Counted from the whole stretch's first letter, positions 10,829-23,604 are shown. The stretch is 63,024 bases of DNA, filler included, from Atractiella rhizophila (GCA_021432655.1; 14 parts of 13 records of this genome joined end to end with filler, not necessarily neighbours in it); one strand, 5' to 3'. Notes: generated from the letters alone by a model not told the origin. A program made the numbers and translations.

Positions 10829-13800
10829 AGACGAAGATCATTCCAGTCCTTGATGCCGGGATGAAATTTGACGTTATCGGGGCAGATGTAGGACAACTTC
10901 CAAAAGGGTCGAAGGAGAAGAAACATTGGGGTGACAGACATGAGATGGAGGAAGCCTACATGCTCGTTGGAAATTTTCACAATGTAAACTACTGCACGAA
11001 CCTGCTTGCGGATTTGAATTTTCTGGTCCGTTAAACTGCAGTTCCGGGGGGATATTGCGATCCCAACTGCCCCTTCATTAACACTGTAGTTTGTTTATCA
11101 AGAGAAATTCCATACGCTCCCAATTCAGCTTGCAACTGCTCAGCCTCTCCATCTTTAAGATTGAGAATCCCAGTTGGACTATACAATGATCGCTGAATCT
11201 TGCCCAGGATGATGCTAAGTTGTATCATGACAGTATTGAAAAGATAAGGTCGACTGCCGCGGTCGACTTGATGAGGTTCTTGCCCAGGAACAATGTCATG
11301 GACTGAGGGGAAGAGCCGATCACAATCAGCCAGGTCTATCACCATCGGAAGCCCGAACTGCAAGCTCTTGTTAGACTGGCGAGGGCGGAAGGTGAGAAAG
11401 ACTTACACAGGCAGAAATCCATCGATCTGCAACCAAACAGCCTCCCCACACTCTCCTTCTTACTTCAATGTGGTCCGCCATCGTCTGTCGCTCTTTTTCA
11501 GCGGCTGTTTCTCGATGAAGCCCTAAACTTTGAGCCATTCTGATCGCCTGCTCACGCGTTCAGCCTCATACTTCCTGGTGAAGTTGGAGGACCATCTACC
11601 AGACTGAGAACATTCCAATTTTTGTTGCCTGAAGCTCGTCCCTGACTGAACTCCAAACTAAAGCTGTAGATTAGGAGCGATTGTACAGTAGCCAGGTTCC
11701 CCCAATCCAACACATCTTCCTCTCTGAACATCTGATGGATATTGTTTTTGATGGTATCACAGATGTGTGCTGGTACGGTGGAAGCTTGCGCCGAAATGCC
11801 ACAGATACACTGGAGGAGCATAGGATGGGGTTTTGGTGCTGGCGTGGACGAAGACGGATCGGGCTGATAGGAAAAAAGAAACTCCTTTTTTGAGACTGTA
11901 TAGATTTGTCCGTGCTCCGCATCGACTAAATGTAAAGAAAAGGACTCACCGATGGGAAAATGTTGAGAATGATGTTGAAAGAAAAAGTTGATCAAATGAC
12001 TAGCAACATCTGGCGCGATGGTTGAACCCCTTAAATCTTTCCCTTCTCCTTCCCAGTCGGCACCATTAGCTGCAGTCTCGTCGATCCCAATAGTATCCGA
12101 AACTTTGATGAGTCCATCCCCGTCCTCCTTCACTTCCCAGGTGAAGCCATGCTTCCAATCGTACGCTCCCATGTGTTCTGCAGGAAATGTCGCCATGGAA
12201 TGCATGATGTGGGTAATAGGTGTCGGGCCATGGATTCGAGGGTCGTGCGAGGCGGCACCGCTTCCAATGCCAGACGTGGTCACAGATGACGATGATGGGC
12301 GAGAAGGGTCGATGCTCATTTGTGGGGGACGCGCAGAGGTGAGGGAAGGAGAGGAGGCAGAGGCAGCGACAGGAGCTGGTGAACCGCTCTCTCCAGCTTC
12401 TTTATTCTTCCGCTTGAAGCGTGTTTCGGTGATTGGCAAAAACTGCAGTGACCGTCAGCTAAAGTTATTTTTGCGGTTGCAACTTACCCAGGTGCATTCG
12501 AGACTATGCGTCTTGCAATGAACGCAGACGGGTGGATCTACGTCTGGAACCTCATCGCACCTTCAGTTGCTTTAAATTAGTGTTCATTTCGATCCGAAGC
12601 CTGCAGGTAGAAGATAGTGGCATTGGTAAGCCCTCTCAAAGAAATGCAGTACGATCGTCATTCCAGCACTCTTTTTAAATGGCCTTGGCTGAGCATCGCA
12701 ACCTACTCGCTCCACTGAAGCTACCCAATCCTGATAACGGGAAGTTTTCAAATGAAAATATCAGTAGCAATGAAACGAAGGAAGAAACAGGTAAAAAAGC
12801 AATGGTCTCTCATAACGACATATCCAGAAGGGACGAGGGAGAGAACTGGGGGGTTAAGCCAAAAATCTACGTGTTTGGACGGAAGATAAGAGGGTACTAC
12901 TGGTCTGTTACGTGGGATATATGTCTCCCATCTGTCCGACGTCGACGAAACTGCAGATGTGCCCTGAAAGCAGGAGCATGTGACAACGAACCCCAAATTT
13001 CACACACACACCAGCCGACAATACATCGATAAAATGAACGCCCTGAGATTCAACTCCCGCCTCTTTCCTGTACCTTCTTTCATCTTTTTCCAAATGGCCA
13101 TGGCCATATTCATACAGGTGAGGCAAGAGGTCAGGTACAACAGCGACGACAGGACAACTTTGGGTAATCAATTGGCAGCGTCCTTCAACTCTCGAATACT
13201 CATTTCTCACCCGATTGATCCTTCGAACATCCTGTTGAGCAAGAGGAAGAGCAATGGAAGAAGCCGATTATGCCTCCTGTGATGCGGACGCAGCACAGCT
13301 TTGATTTTCGAGAATCCACTGCTGCTGGGTTCTTGAAACAATGGACGAAAACACAGAAAACGATCGTAAGAATATGGACTGAGTCCTTGGGCATTGATCC
13401 ACCAAGTGCGGACCAACCGACCCTCTCGACTTGACAACATTCAACGTTATGGTCGAACATTGCACCTGCGTTGAACATGTTGCACACTTGAGACATTTAC
13501 GCCTAACACCAGTTGGTCGAAACTCTGACCTTAAACTGACCATGACGGCTTGGAGGATGTAACACAAAACAATAGAGAAGTGGAAGTGTCACAAGCTATC
13601 CGGCGACAGCTTATGAGGTCACAACACGGCAAGTCCATTGACGATTTCTAACAAAGACGAGAAACATCCACCTGTGAAGTAGGATTCCGCAACAACAGAA
13701 GGGATGCTTGCAAAACATGTCATGCAGCAAGACAGACGATTAGCGTCCTGTTGATCGCTTCCTTCGCTTCGAACAATCATGCTCTTTTGAAGCTCTCCAA

Positions 13801-14187
13801 CCGTGGATCAAACAACGCTCTTTCCATAATGGCGCAATGGGAGGCTCCTCCCACATCTTCCGTGTTATTGGAAGAAGAAACGAACCTGATTTTCTTCCTC
13901 CTACAACTATCACAAGCTCTAGGCGTCTTGGTCCTCTTCTTCCCTCCGTCATCATCCGCATCCCCACCCGCCTTTCTCTTCTTCCCCCCCGCTCCTCCGC
14001 CACCTCCACTACCGCCACCGCCACCTGCTCCTGCTCCTCCCTTGCTTCCAGGAGCATTTGAATTTTGAGCAGGTGCGGTATGTTGGGTTGGCGTTTGCGG
14101 TGGAATTGAGATTGGCAGGATGTTCGGATTCGACGCTGTTGCGTGATGCAACACAGAGGAAAGCAGTGGCGTGCCTGGCCCCGACAT
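10829..14187 (-). CDS. Zn(II)2Cys6 transcription factor with Fungal_trans middle homology domain, 3' truncated
   Basis: Spliced product [49 protein letters not shown], later [41 protein letters not shown]. Introns include 12561-13885. Confidence 0.93.
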
Positions 14188-14705
14188 GGTGCCTGTACTG
14201 AGACCTCTTTCCGCGTTATCGAAGCGTATGAAGGGCGATGACGGCAACGAAAGAATCAAATCGTCGTTTGAAGGCCTGACGGAAGCGACGGGCGGATTAT
14301 GACGACTCACCATAAAAAGGCCAGCATGCCAGTCCTCTCTCGTTTTCGTCAACTCCCACCATTAAAGCTCTCATTGAGGCAATCCCTGCGTGCCCGCCAG
14401 TTCCATTTCTCGCGGCGTGCAAGGGATGGCGAAGGGAGTGCCTTCAGACACGCTCCCTGGCTCCGTTGAGCAGTGTGGAGGAGTTGGCAAGAGAGATTGG
14501 TCCAAGCTCCGGTATCAACCTGAGACGGTCCTCTATGAGCGAAACACCGACCTCGTATACCTTGGATTGATATATTTCTGGATTATGGGCATTCCTCTCA
14601 CCCGGTGCGTGCAGCATTTTCCCTTTTTCTTTTTTTGACGGTTTATGCTCACGCAGATAAATGGAAATAAGGTCTACCTCGCAGCTTCTGTTTTTCAGTA
14701 CTACA

Positions 14706-15415
14706 ATGAACCGAATCCGTTTGTTTCAAAACTCGTTGAGGAGAAAGGATGCTAATAATGTGGAATGGTATCGTAGAGACCGACCGGGTGAATTTCGTCT
14801 GGCCCCGAAGGCGAAGAGGCTCGCTTTGGCACTTGGAGTTGGAGGAGTGACCTGTGTTGCGTTCGGATATCTCTCCCAATTCCCTCGCCGGTTAGTCTTC
14901 ACTTCACTTCATTCTCTTTCACATCACCGCCGAACAGCATGAAACTCACATAACCTGTGTGCAGGATCATCAAACGCATAGGTAGCCATTATCCCTTAGG
15001 CTACGTCCCTCCGCGACGCGTCCACATCGGACCCAAACGATGCCCTCCCACCGCCACCTCCTCCAACAGCGCTCCTAAAATTCTACCCTCTCGTCTTCCG
15101 CACCGCCAGCATCGGGATCTTCCAAGTGAGCCACGTCAAGCTTCTCAAACCGCTCTCTCCAACCTATCAGTTCTACCACAACCGGCAGTTTCCGAAGACG
15201 GATAAGGTGTGGAAGGAACAACCGTGAAGGGTTTGGAAGCCGATGGGGGTGCAGGGTAAATGGGGAAAGTGGTTCTTGATCGATGGGAAGGATTCGGCTT
15301 CGGTTGGAGACTCGTACTTGGGAACTTCTCATTGGTCGGTCGATAAAAGGTCGTTGGAGCTGGCTTTCCTTGGTTTTACGCCGAAAACAGAACAGCAACA
15401 GTCGGAGTCGGCTTA
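14706..15415 (+). CDS. Possible small membrane protein gene, divergent from the TF; exon structure unresolved
   Basis: MNRIRLFQ.. followed by hydrophobic LALALGVGGVTCVAFGYL, a plausible GTTAGT..GTGCAG intron and protein-like downstream frames containing one stop. Confidence 0.3.
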
Positions 15416-16218
15416 GTAGCGGTTTGAAAAAGTATTTTATGTAAGCAGGGCAATCACTACTCTAATTCATCTATTCAATTATCGATACATGGTCCGTTCA
15501 TGATGCATTATCGTCCAATCATTTTGTGGCTCCTCCAATGCTGAAAGTCACGCATCTACCTCCGATGCTTGCATCTCCCATGAAGGAGATGTACGGGTAC
15601 CTATTCTTGTCCTCAAAAATAAGACATTTGTTGAGCAACACAACATAGCCGAGCTTATGGCATGAAGGCGTATCAAGTAGAGGCAGGCTGAGATCGATGA
15701 TTTATCCAACTAAAGTGGATGTTAAACTTAACCAGGACCTCTGAGCTGGTGACTGAAAAACCGTTTGAGTTAATATTTCAGTTGTAGGTGCAAGGGGGCG
15801 TTAAAAGCTTATTTCTGCGTGTCGACGTCTTAAGGTTTAAAGTGACGGAGGGACAGCTGGAGGGACATTTAGCGTCGAAAAAATTTTTAATCCGTCATTT
15901 CCCGTTAACTCAAGGGGGTTTAAGAATGGATTGGCAGGAAATGAGTATGACTACGACTACAAGTTATCTGTGTAAGAAGTCAGACCAAACAAGAAGTGTC
16001 TGATAGGCTATGGAGGAGAAAGAACTATTTCTATGACCAATGATAGCATCTAAGAGAGAGGAGTTGGGAATAGAGGGAAGAGGCACTTTGGAAAAGAAAG
16101 AGAGATCCGTGAAGGGAGNNNNNNNNNNNNNNNNNNNNNNNNNNNNNNNNNNNNNNNNNNNNTTAATTAATTAANNNNNNNNNNNNNNNNNNNNNNNNNN
16201 NNNNNNNNNNNNNNNNNN

Positions 16219-17229
16219 TCTCTGCCCAGTGTGGGTTGCAAGTGAAGGTTGTAAAGATATTTGGGGGTCCTTTGGCACCAACTATACCCATTGCATCCTG
16301 GAACAGCTGATTCATTGAACGTGGACCGCCAGTGAAACTTGATGGTAAGATAGTCCGCCTCCCGATATCTTCTAAAGAATAGCCTTCTGTAAGGGCATCT
16401 GTAAGACCTTGATACACCTCGGCTCAAAGAATAGACTGATTGAACCGCAGATAGCGGAGTCGATTCGCCTCAATTTGAGCATAAGCATCGACTACCAATT
16501 CTTGCAGTAGCTGACCACCGTAGAGAGGGTGTGAGAATATATTATTTCGTTGATGCAACATGTAAGAATAGAACTCCATTTGGCTGACACGTTGTCAAAC
16601 CCAAGAATTACCAACTTACATGCCGTCATCATTGAAGTGCTCTCGCTCGCGAGGAGGAAGATCTGCAGCCACGTCTCGATACGGAATCTGGGATGCCATC
16701 CTTGGTCCCCATATAGAAACAGAAGAGGAAAACGAAGTGGAAGATAATTTGAGTTGAGCTCATTGACACACTGTAAGTTGCTACCAGTCGTGATTGCCCT
16801 GAGCTGGATGATAATATCTCTGGCCACTCCATATTCTTCTCTGTTACTGACTCCTACTATCACTACAGCAACTTCACTGGCTAAAGGAATATTGTAGCGT
16901 CTTGGGTCCCTATCTCGTGGAGCGACTGTGCAAAGATGTAGTGTTGTAGTGGGATCCTGTTCCATTCTTTCTTTTGCAAATTTGTAGATCCTGGGATATG
17001 GGTTGACATGGAAGAACATAACCTGAAGGTCTTCAAGTGTACTACAATTCAGTGAGATTGAAGTGTTGCAAATTTCTTCGTTCAGTCTATACAGCTGAAT
17101 CTGTAATGTAGACCTGTGCAAATGTTTCACACCGCTGCAGAGATTGATGCCGTTTGGATCGGCGCTCTCAATTTCTTGATTTCTCTGAATTGCACGTGGC
17201 ATGAGAGTGTAGCTTGCTGCACATAACAA
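16219..17229 (-). mobile_element. Helitron RepHel N-terminal region, pseudogenised and truncated by contig end
   Basis: RYNIPLASEVAVVI, YLPLRFPLLFLYGDQGW, VDAYAQIEANRLRYLRFNQSIL*AEVYQGLTDA, GRRTILPSSFTGGPRSMNQLFQDAM..GPPNIFTTFTCNPHW. An in-frame stop and frame changes are present. Confidence 0.93.
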
Positions 17230-17496
17230 AATGATATGAGTGCAGAATATATAAGCCAGAGTCCTATGCTTTTTTTGCTTGATTTGATTTGATACTAAAG
17301 GGCTCAGAGATACTATGGTAGACTGTTAGGAAGCATATTTGTGGTGAAAAACTGTTTCACTTGCATGAATGCTTGCCCACTTTCCCTCATAGTTGGCAAA
17401 CAACAGTTTTGGCACATGACCTGAGAAATCACAGAAAGCCCTGAAGAAATATATGCACGCAGTTTGCGGACAACAGGATTTGGCAGTGACAAAAGG

Positions 17497-17652
17497 TGAC
17501 ATGACTGAGACTCGAACCCACGCCAGCACCAATCAGTCAAGGCTCAAATACCAACCCTACACCAACTACACCATCACACGACTCGAACCCACGCCAGCAC
17601 CAATCAGTCAAGGCTCAAATACCAACCCTACACCAACTACACCATCACACGA
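17497..17652 (-). repeat. Exact 71-bp tandem duplication of a tRNA-like sequence
   Basis: Units at 17509-17579 and 17580-17650. The minus strand has A-box TGGTGTAGTTGG and B-box GGGTTCGAGTC, but stems pair poorly, so it is not called a functional tRNA. Confidence 0.7.
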
Positions 17653-17707
17653 ACTCTTCGCTTTGTGGGCTTATTTGAGTAGGTAAGGAAATTTTTGTCA
17701 AAGTGCG

Positions 17708-17972
17708 AAGTCACTTGACTCAGTCAGGGAAGACAACTATTTTTTATCCTTTAAATAAGCTTTATTGTATACGGTTGGAAAGGTGCTGACACGCGTATTC
17801 TGGTGGTATGCTCAGAATTTTGATGGGTTGTTGTGGACCAAGAAGTCAATTGAGTCAGTAAGGAAAACAATTTTTTTTTCGTCTTTCAAATAGGCTTTGT
17901 TGTATACTGTTCGAAAGGCGCCGACACGCGTATTCTGATGGTATGCTCAGATTACTGGCAGGGTTGTTGTGG
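17708..17972. repeat. Diverged tandem repeat, 2 x about 135 bp
   Basis: AAGTCA..TTGTATAC..GAAAGG..GACACGCGTATTCTG.TGGTATGCTCAGA..GGGTTGTTGTGG starting at 17708 and 17843. Confidence 0.85.
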
Positions 17973-18254
17973 GCGGTGAGAGAAGTGCTCAAAAGTACAT
18001 GCGTGAGTCATGCTAAAAACCCGTCGTGCTTTATATATAAGGATGAATGGGATAATGACGAGATACAGATCTGTAAGCACTGCAAATGTGAGCCACAAAA
18101 GCGATTAGAATACATTTCATTGGTACTTAAGAGAAATAACTTCACCTGCAAATGCGAGCCACAAAAGCAATGGGACTCGCACTGCAGGGGTCTAGCATAG
18201 GCCATGCCCCTTAAGAGTGGGTTGGGGGGCCTGAGGGACTCGTTGACACACTTG

Positions 18255-18558
18255 TCCTATACTCTATCCTATACTCTAAGATTCATCAGTTCTTGGCATG
18301 AGTCATAAGACACACTTTTGAGCCCTCACACCTCCCTCACCATACACAATAGAATGAAATATATTATACCATCATATCCCATATGCTTGCCCCTTTCTCA
18401 ACCTGGAAGGAAATTTTATTCTGAAAGGGTTGAAAAATGTGTTTTGTACTGGACTCGAACCCTTACAACGGTCAGGGTAGGGTTCAAGGGGCAATGCCCC
18501 TTGCAAGTGGGGTGAGGGGCCTGAGGGGCCTGAGGGACGAAGGCCGTTGACACACTTG
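18255..18558 (+). mobile_element. Putative complete non-autonomous mini-Helitron (304 bp), head-to-tail behind another Helitron end at 18254
   Basis: Starts TCCTATACTCTAT; hairpins CAAGGGGC-AAT-GCCCCTTG (18485-18503) and GGCCT-GAGGGACGA-AGGCC; ends ACACACTTG|T. Confidence 0.6.
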
Positions 18559-18581
18559 TCAGATAAAAGATCAAACAACAT

Positions 18582-19063
18582 CGTGAGAAAACCCGTAATA
18601 CACGAGTAGATAGAACTATGGAATGATCTGAAAGTGTGGAACGAAGAGGAAGCTGAAGGGAACCAACGAGTCTCGCCAGGGAATCGACGGATCTCGCCTT
18701 CCAGCTTCTAAATAAGGCTAAAATACCATGCAGTTATCTCTCCCTTTTCTCCCGATCGTACGCGCTCGGAGCCGACAGGAGAGGTATAGAGAGACGGGGG
18801 AGTTGTGAGGTACTCAGTGGTCAATGTCACTTCCAAGTTAGGCAGGAGCCGCTTCCAGAATAGGTGTTGGAGGTATCCAGTGTGGTCCGATCACCGCACA
18901 CGGGTGTACGTACGAACGGTCAATGACCTGCTCTCCCTAGGTGCTTACCACCAGGGATGAGCAGGTAGGAGTCTCGGATAATAGTCATGCTAGGTGCTTA
19001 CCACCAGGGATGAGCAGATCCACAATAGGAAGGTATTGCCGCATTTGACCATTGTGTCTCACA
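18582..19063. mobile_element. Candidate solo LTR
   Basis: Bounded by CGTGAGA..TCTCACA, like the Copia LTR termini at 33153-33410. Internal exact 28-bp direct repeat at 18937 and 18990. No target-site duplication is visible. Confidence 0.45.
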
Positions 19064-19789
19064 AGTCCATTGGGATTTGAGGGGCTGAGTTATTGGCAGG
19101 AGTGACAGGATGACAATGAGAAAGCTTGCCAACGTCGAACGGATCTCAGCATCCTCCCCATCTGCCGCCACTTGAATTGAGGTCCTTCAAATATGCTGTC
19201 ATGCATGCTTTTCACTCCCATGTTGCTCAGATTCCTTTCAACCTTCCAAAAACGGCGAATTTTTGTCCGTTTCTACGTTCCAATTCAAGGAGGTCTCCCA
19301 GATCACGCTCTTTCATTCAATATCTATTGCAGCTAGTCCACTCCACTGTTCGATCCAAAACCTGCTCCTCAACCCTCCAGCTTCAGAGCTCTTTGACTGA
19401 AGATTGCCATCGTGGATGTGAATGAAGATTGAGGCAACGAAGTGCATATCGAAAAAGCGAACGACCGGTCAAATGGGCAAAGCTATTTGCAGCTGCCGTG
19501 CAAGCTGCGGAACATGTTGTATTCTGCTATTCACGGTACAGAGGACTTCATTTGCATTTTGGCGTGTACAAATATGTAACGTGGATTAGAACCTCTGACT
19601 TTGTTCCTCGCCTTCTATCTTGCCACCTTCCCGTCTGTCAATTCCGGGACTCGGCTTCGTAATGATCACACAAAGTCGTGTTTTTATTCACGCTGTCAAA
19701 ATCGGATTGTTCTATTGTACCAGTCGTCATCCCTTTCGAGGCTAGTGGAAAACTCGCACCGGAGGACAAGGAAGGAAGTGGGGATCACG

Positions 19790-20586
19790 TGAATATGGAG
19801 AAGCAATAGGATGTTTGATGTACATCATGATTGCAACCCGTCCCAATATTGCTTTCGCTGTCACTCAAGTTGCACAGTTTTGCGAAAATCCTCTTACGGA
19901 CCATTGGCAAGCCGCAAAAAAGACTATTTCGTTACCTTCGGGGAACTAGCAATGCAAAACTCACATACCAAACGGGGGTGAAAGACCTTGTTGGCTATTC
20001 CGATTCCGATTTTGCTGCCAGCCACGATCGAAGGTCCATTTCAGGAACGCTCTTCACGCGCGCTGGAGGAGCGGTAATTTGGAACAGTAAGAAACAATAT
20101 CTAGTTACGTTGTCATCATCAACGGAGGCCGAATATGTTGCATTGTCGTCAGCCGCAAGAGAAGCATCATGGATCAGGAATCTCTTCAAGGATCTCCAAA
20201 TCCCTCTCACTTTTCCCATCACTATCTACGGCGACAACCTTTGTTCCATCAACTTGCCAACAACCTCATCTGCAGACAACGAACCAAACATATTGATGTC
20301 CCCATTTCACTATACACGCGATTGTGTCTCTAATCGAAAAATCGAGCTTCAATATATGGATACGAAGGAACTTCCAGCAGATATCCTTACAAAGGGAGTA
20401 AGCAAGATGAAGTTGGGAAAAGGAGCAATGAGTAAATTTGGGATGATGAATGAGTGAAAGATGCATGAAATATGAATGTGAGGCGGAGTTTGATGGACTT
20501 TTGCGCATTCTCATTTCTCTTTCTTCTTCTATTGCTTGATAATTGGCTCAAGGAACGGTGACGGGCTACGGTGATATTTTCTCACA
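19790..20586 (+). mobile_element. Ty1/Copia RT-RNase H remnant with possible short 3' LTR (20477-20586)
   Basis: LFRYLRGT, VGYSDSDFA..DRRSISG, WNSKKQ..LSSSTEAEYVAL, IYGDN, LPADILTK, with frameshifts. Followed by TGTGAG..CTCACA. Confidence 0.9.
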
Positions 20587-22514
20587 AATATGCAAGACCC
20601 CTGCAGTGAGAGTCCCATCGCTTTTTGGCTCGCATTTGCAGTGCTTACAGCTCCGTATCTCATCAAAGCTGACTAGCGCAGTGGCTCCTTAAGAAAGCAA
20701 CCAACAATTTATCATTGTGTCAAGAAGCAGTTCACAACGAAATCTCAACGAAACTAAAGATAACAACATTGACCGGAAAGCAATCACAGCTTATTAAAAC
20801 CATGAGTCATTGAGGAAACGGGATTGCCTGCGGGAATGACGAAAATTAGGCATTTCAAAGTTGGAAAAAAGTTGGAAACGTGCCGTCTTGGTTCTGATCT
20901 TCCATTTCACGGAGAATTTCTGCCGTCCTCTTAACAATGTCACCATCAGGTAACGCTTCAGTGCTGTTCAGGTCAAGGAAAAAGGCTTTCAGATTGTCCC
21001 ACGTCAATAGCTGGATTCTTCCACCCGGCGTCCTCGGATAGACATAGACGCCTTCAGGAGCAATGGAGATGCTGGAGTTCCCTATTAAAGTATGTCAGCA
21101 GATGAACCATCCAGGAGGCCAGACCTGCTTCTATTCTGTTCTGGTGGAGAGCTGGATAATCGTGCTTTCGAGATATTTAGTGATATCCTTTCTCAGGTTT
21201 CCAATTTGGTTTGGTTAATGTGCTTGTGAACAATCGACGATATCCGTTTTATTGACCGCTCGAGATGAAAAATGCATCTGGGAGGCGGTCTGTTTCGCTC
21301 GTTCAGCTCGTCCAGACGAGACAGGCTGTACAGCCGAGTCTCCTTCTCGCGCGAGTGAACTCTCCTCCCTCTCGCGCGCAACCCCTCACCCCATTGCCAG
21401 AATCAACCTTGTTACTCGCGAATCAACTGTTCCTTGCGCGAATCAGCCTTTTAATCCTCAAAATCTGTCCTCGCCTCTCTTCGGTAAAGACACTNNNNNN
21501 NNNNNNNNNNNNNNNNNNNNNNNNNNNNNNNNNNNNNNTTAATTAATTAANNNNNNNNNNNNNNNNNNNNNNNNNNNNNNNNNNNNNNNNNNNNCTATAC
21601 TGTCAGCCTGTTTGAACCGTTTATCTTGCAACACACCGGAGCCGACTGTCGACAAGGCTCCGAAATTTCGCTGTGACAACCAAAAACAAAACAAGTTAAC
21701 CAGTTTCTATTGAGATCCGATTTCTGCAGGGTTTCTGTGACAGTCTCGACTCAGAGCTGGGATGGCGCTTGTTTTAAACACCTCCGTTGATATCAAATAT
21801 TACGCTATGGAACCAGCATCATTTCACAGTAGATTAGATTGTTCAAATCCCTCATGACAACATTGCATCAATACAGTTGCCACTCTCGTTCCTATCTTCT
21901 GAGGGGCTACTAGCGGTACACAACTACTGCTAATCCTGTTTATATCGTGTTGAGTCGGCTGCCGTGACTGGAGTTTCGGACAAAAACTCCTGAATCTATT
22001 ATAGGAGGATCAACAAGACTGCCATTCTCTATAATATTAGAGCTCCTCCAAGCTTTCTCTCGTGGAGTTTTCGCGAATGTCTCACAAATGTCTCAGATCC
22101 AATTCACACATTCCCGATCTAGAATCGACCTGAGTCGAAGCTAAAAGTTGTTGTGATCACGGAAAGGGGCGTCCATGGGATATAAAAGTTTCTTTCCTCT
22201 CGAAGTCTTTTTCTCTTTTCCCCAGCCTGGTGCAACCATCAAAAAGTTCTCTCGATTTCCCCCTTCTCTTCGACAGAGTAGAAAGCTCCTTTGTGTCCTC
22301 CTTCAAGGCTTATTGGTCTTTTGGTCCGTCTCACTGCCTGTTTGCCGCCATAGATGATAAACTGATGGCCTCGATGTCTAACAGCTCTTGGGCTTGCCCT
22401 TTTTATTTCTTGTGACCTCGATTCCTCCTTTATCCGCCGAGCGGATCGACGAAATCACGATCCTTTTACGCATCAAATCGAGACTTTCGAAGTGGTTGAC
22501 TTGCTAATACCACC

Positions 22515-22802
22515 ATGGCTGGAACTATTCAGAACCTCCTCCTCCTCTCCCTCTTCGCTTCTTCTTCAATTGGAGCGGCTCTGCCAACTTCTTCCGCCTC
22601 CGACGAGCAAGGATCTCCTGTCGAAGCGAAGCCTCTGAATTTGATACCGCAGAATCAGAACCGCAAGTTAGGCTCCATTCCGAAGGCCCGACTTGGCTAC
22701 ACCTCGAATCAGAAACCGATGATGCCAGCTGTCGTACCTGCAGATCAGTTGAAGAAGTTTGTCTTCCATGTTCCTTACTACGCTGGGTTTCCTCACTAAG
22801 CA
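22515..22802 (+). CDS. Secreted protein, N-terminal exon, truncated by contig end
   Basis: Signal peptide MAGTIQNLLLLSLFASSSIGAA, then a probable intron (GTTTGT donor) running into the gap. Confidence 0.65.
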
Positions 22803-22902
22803 NNNNNNNNNNNNNNNNNNNNNNNNNNNNNNNNNNNNNNNNNNNNTTAATTAATTAANNNNNNNNNNNNNNNNNNNNNNNNNNNNNNNNNNNNNNNNNN
22901 NN

Positions 22903-23348
22903 TCGTCATCGGTTCTCTTAAAGGCAAGAAAGTCCAATATGCGGAATGGCACGAGTTCATCGATTACAACACGCTTTCCATTCGCGTTTGTCCACCCCCC
23001 ATGTCCGCTTTTGCGCTGTTAAGCTGACAAGGCATGAATGGATAGGTGTGCATTCCCGGAACTGGCAGAGAGAAGGCTTACTGTCCTCACATCTACGACG
23101 AGCTGGGCAGTGAATGGAACGACCCCGGAAACTACGACGTCGGCTACTTCGACAAGTGCCAGGGTTCTGATCCTCTCACTCCCGGTGTTTATGGAACGTC
23201 AACCTTCCACCAGGGTGACAAAACCACTCCTGCTGCCCACCCGACCACTAAGACGTACAGCTGCACCACGACAACTTCCATCGCTGGATCCGCTTATCCC
23301 AAGAAGAGGGAATATAGGATCGACCCCAGCCCCTTCGCTGAGGAGTAA
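22903..23348 (+). CDS. MP88-like / macrophage-activating glycoprotein family, C-terminal part
   Basis: VQYAEWHEFIDYNTLSIR|VCIPG..AYCPHIYDELGSEWNDPGNYDVGYFDKCQG..PGVYGTSTFHQGD.TTPAAHP. Confidence 0.75.
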
Positions 23349-23604
23349 TATTGTGAATTGTGGATGGACAATGGACTCGATTTAATTTCGTTCTTTACTT
23401 CAATGTTTGTTGATTGTCCAATTTCAGCCTGTGATGTAAAGTCACTTATGACGCATTACAACACAGTCGAGGAATCTGGTAAATACATAACAAGAATGTT
23501 GTTCGACATCGATGGAGTAGTGAAGAAAGGGAACCAATCATGAGGGTGCCCACTTGTATCCACGAAGGAGGAAACGAGGACAGAAGACCATATGAACTGA
23601 ACGA

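Noticed and set aside
15764..15914. TTGAGTTAA..TTAACTCAA inverted pair as a piggyBac/MITE
   Set aside because: Only 9 bp, with no matching TSD or second copy.
17509..17652. CRISPR-like or functional tRNA array
   Set aside because: Two abutting identical units with no spacers, eukaryotic context, and a poorly paired cloverleaf.
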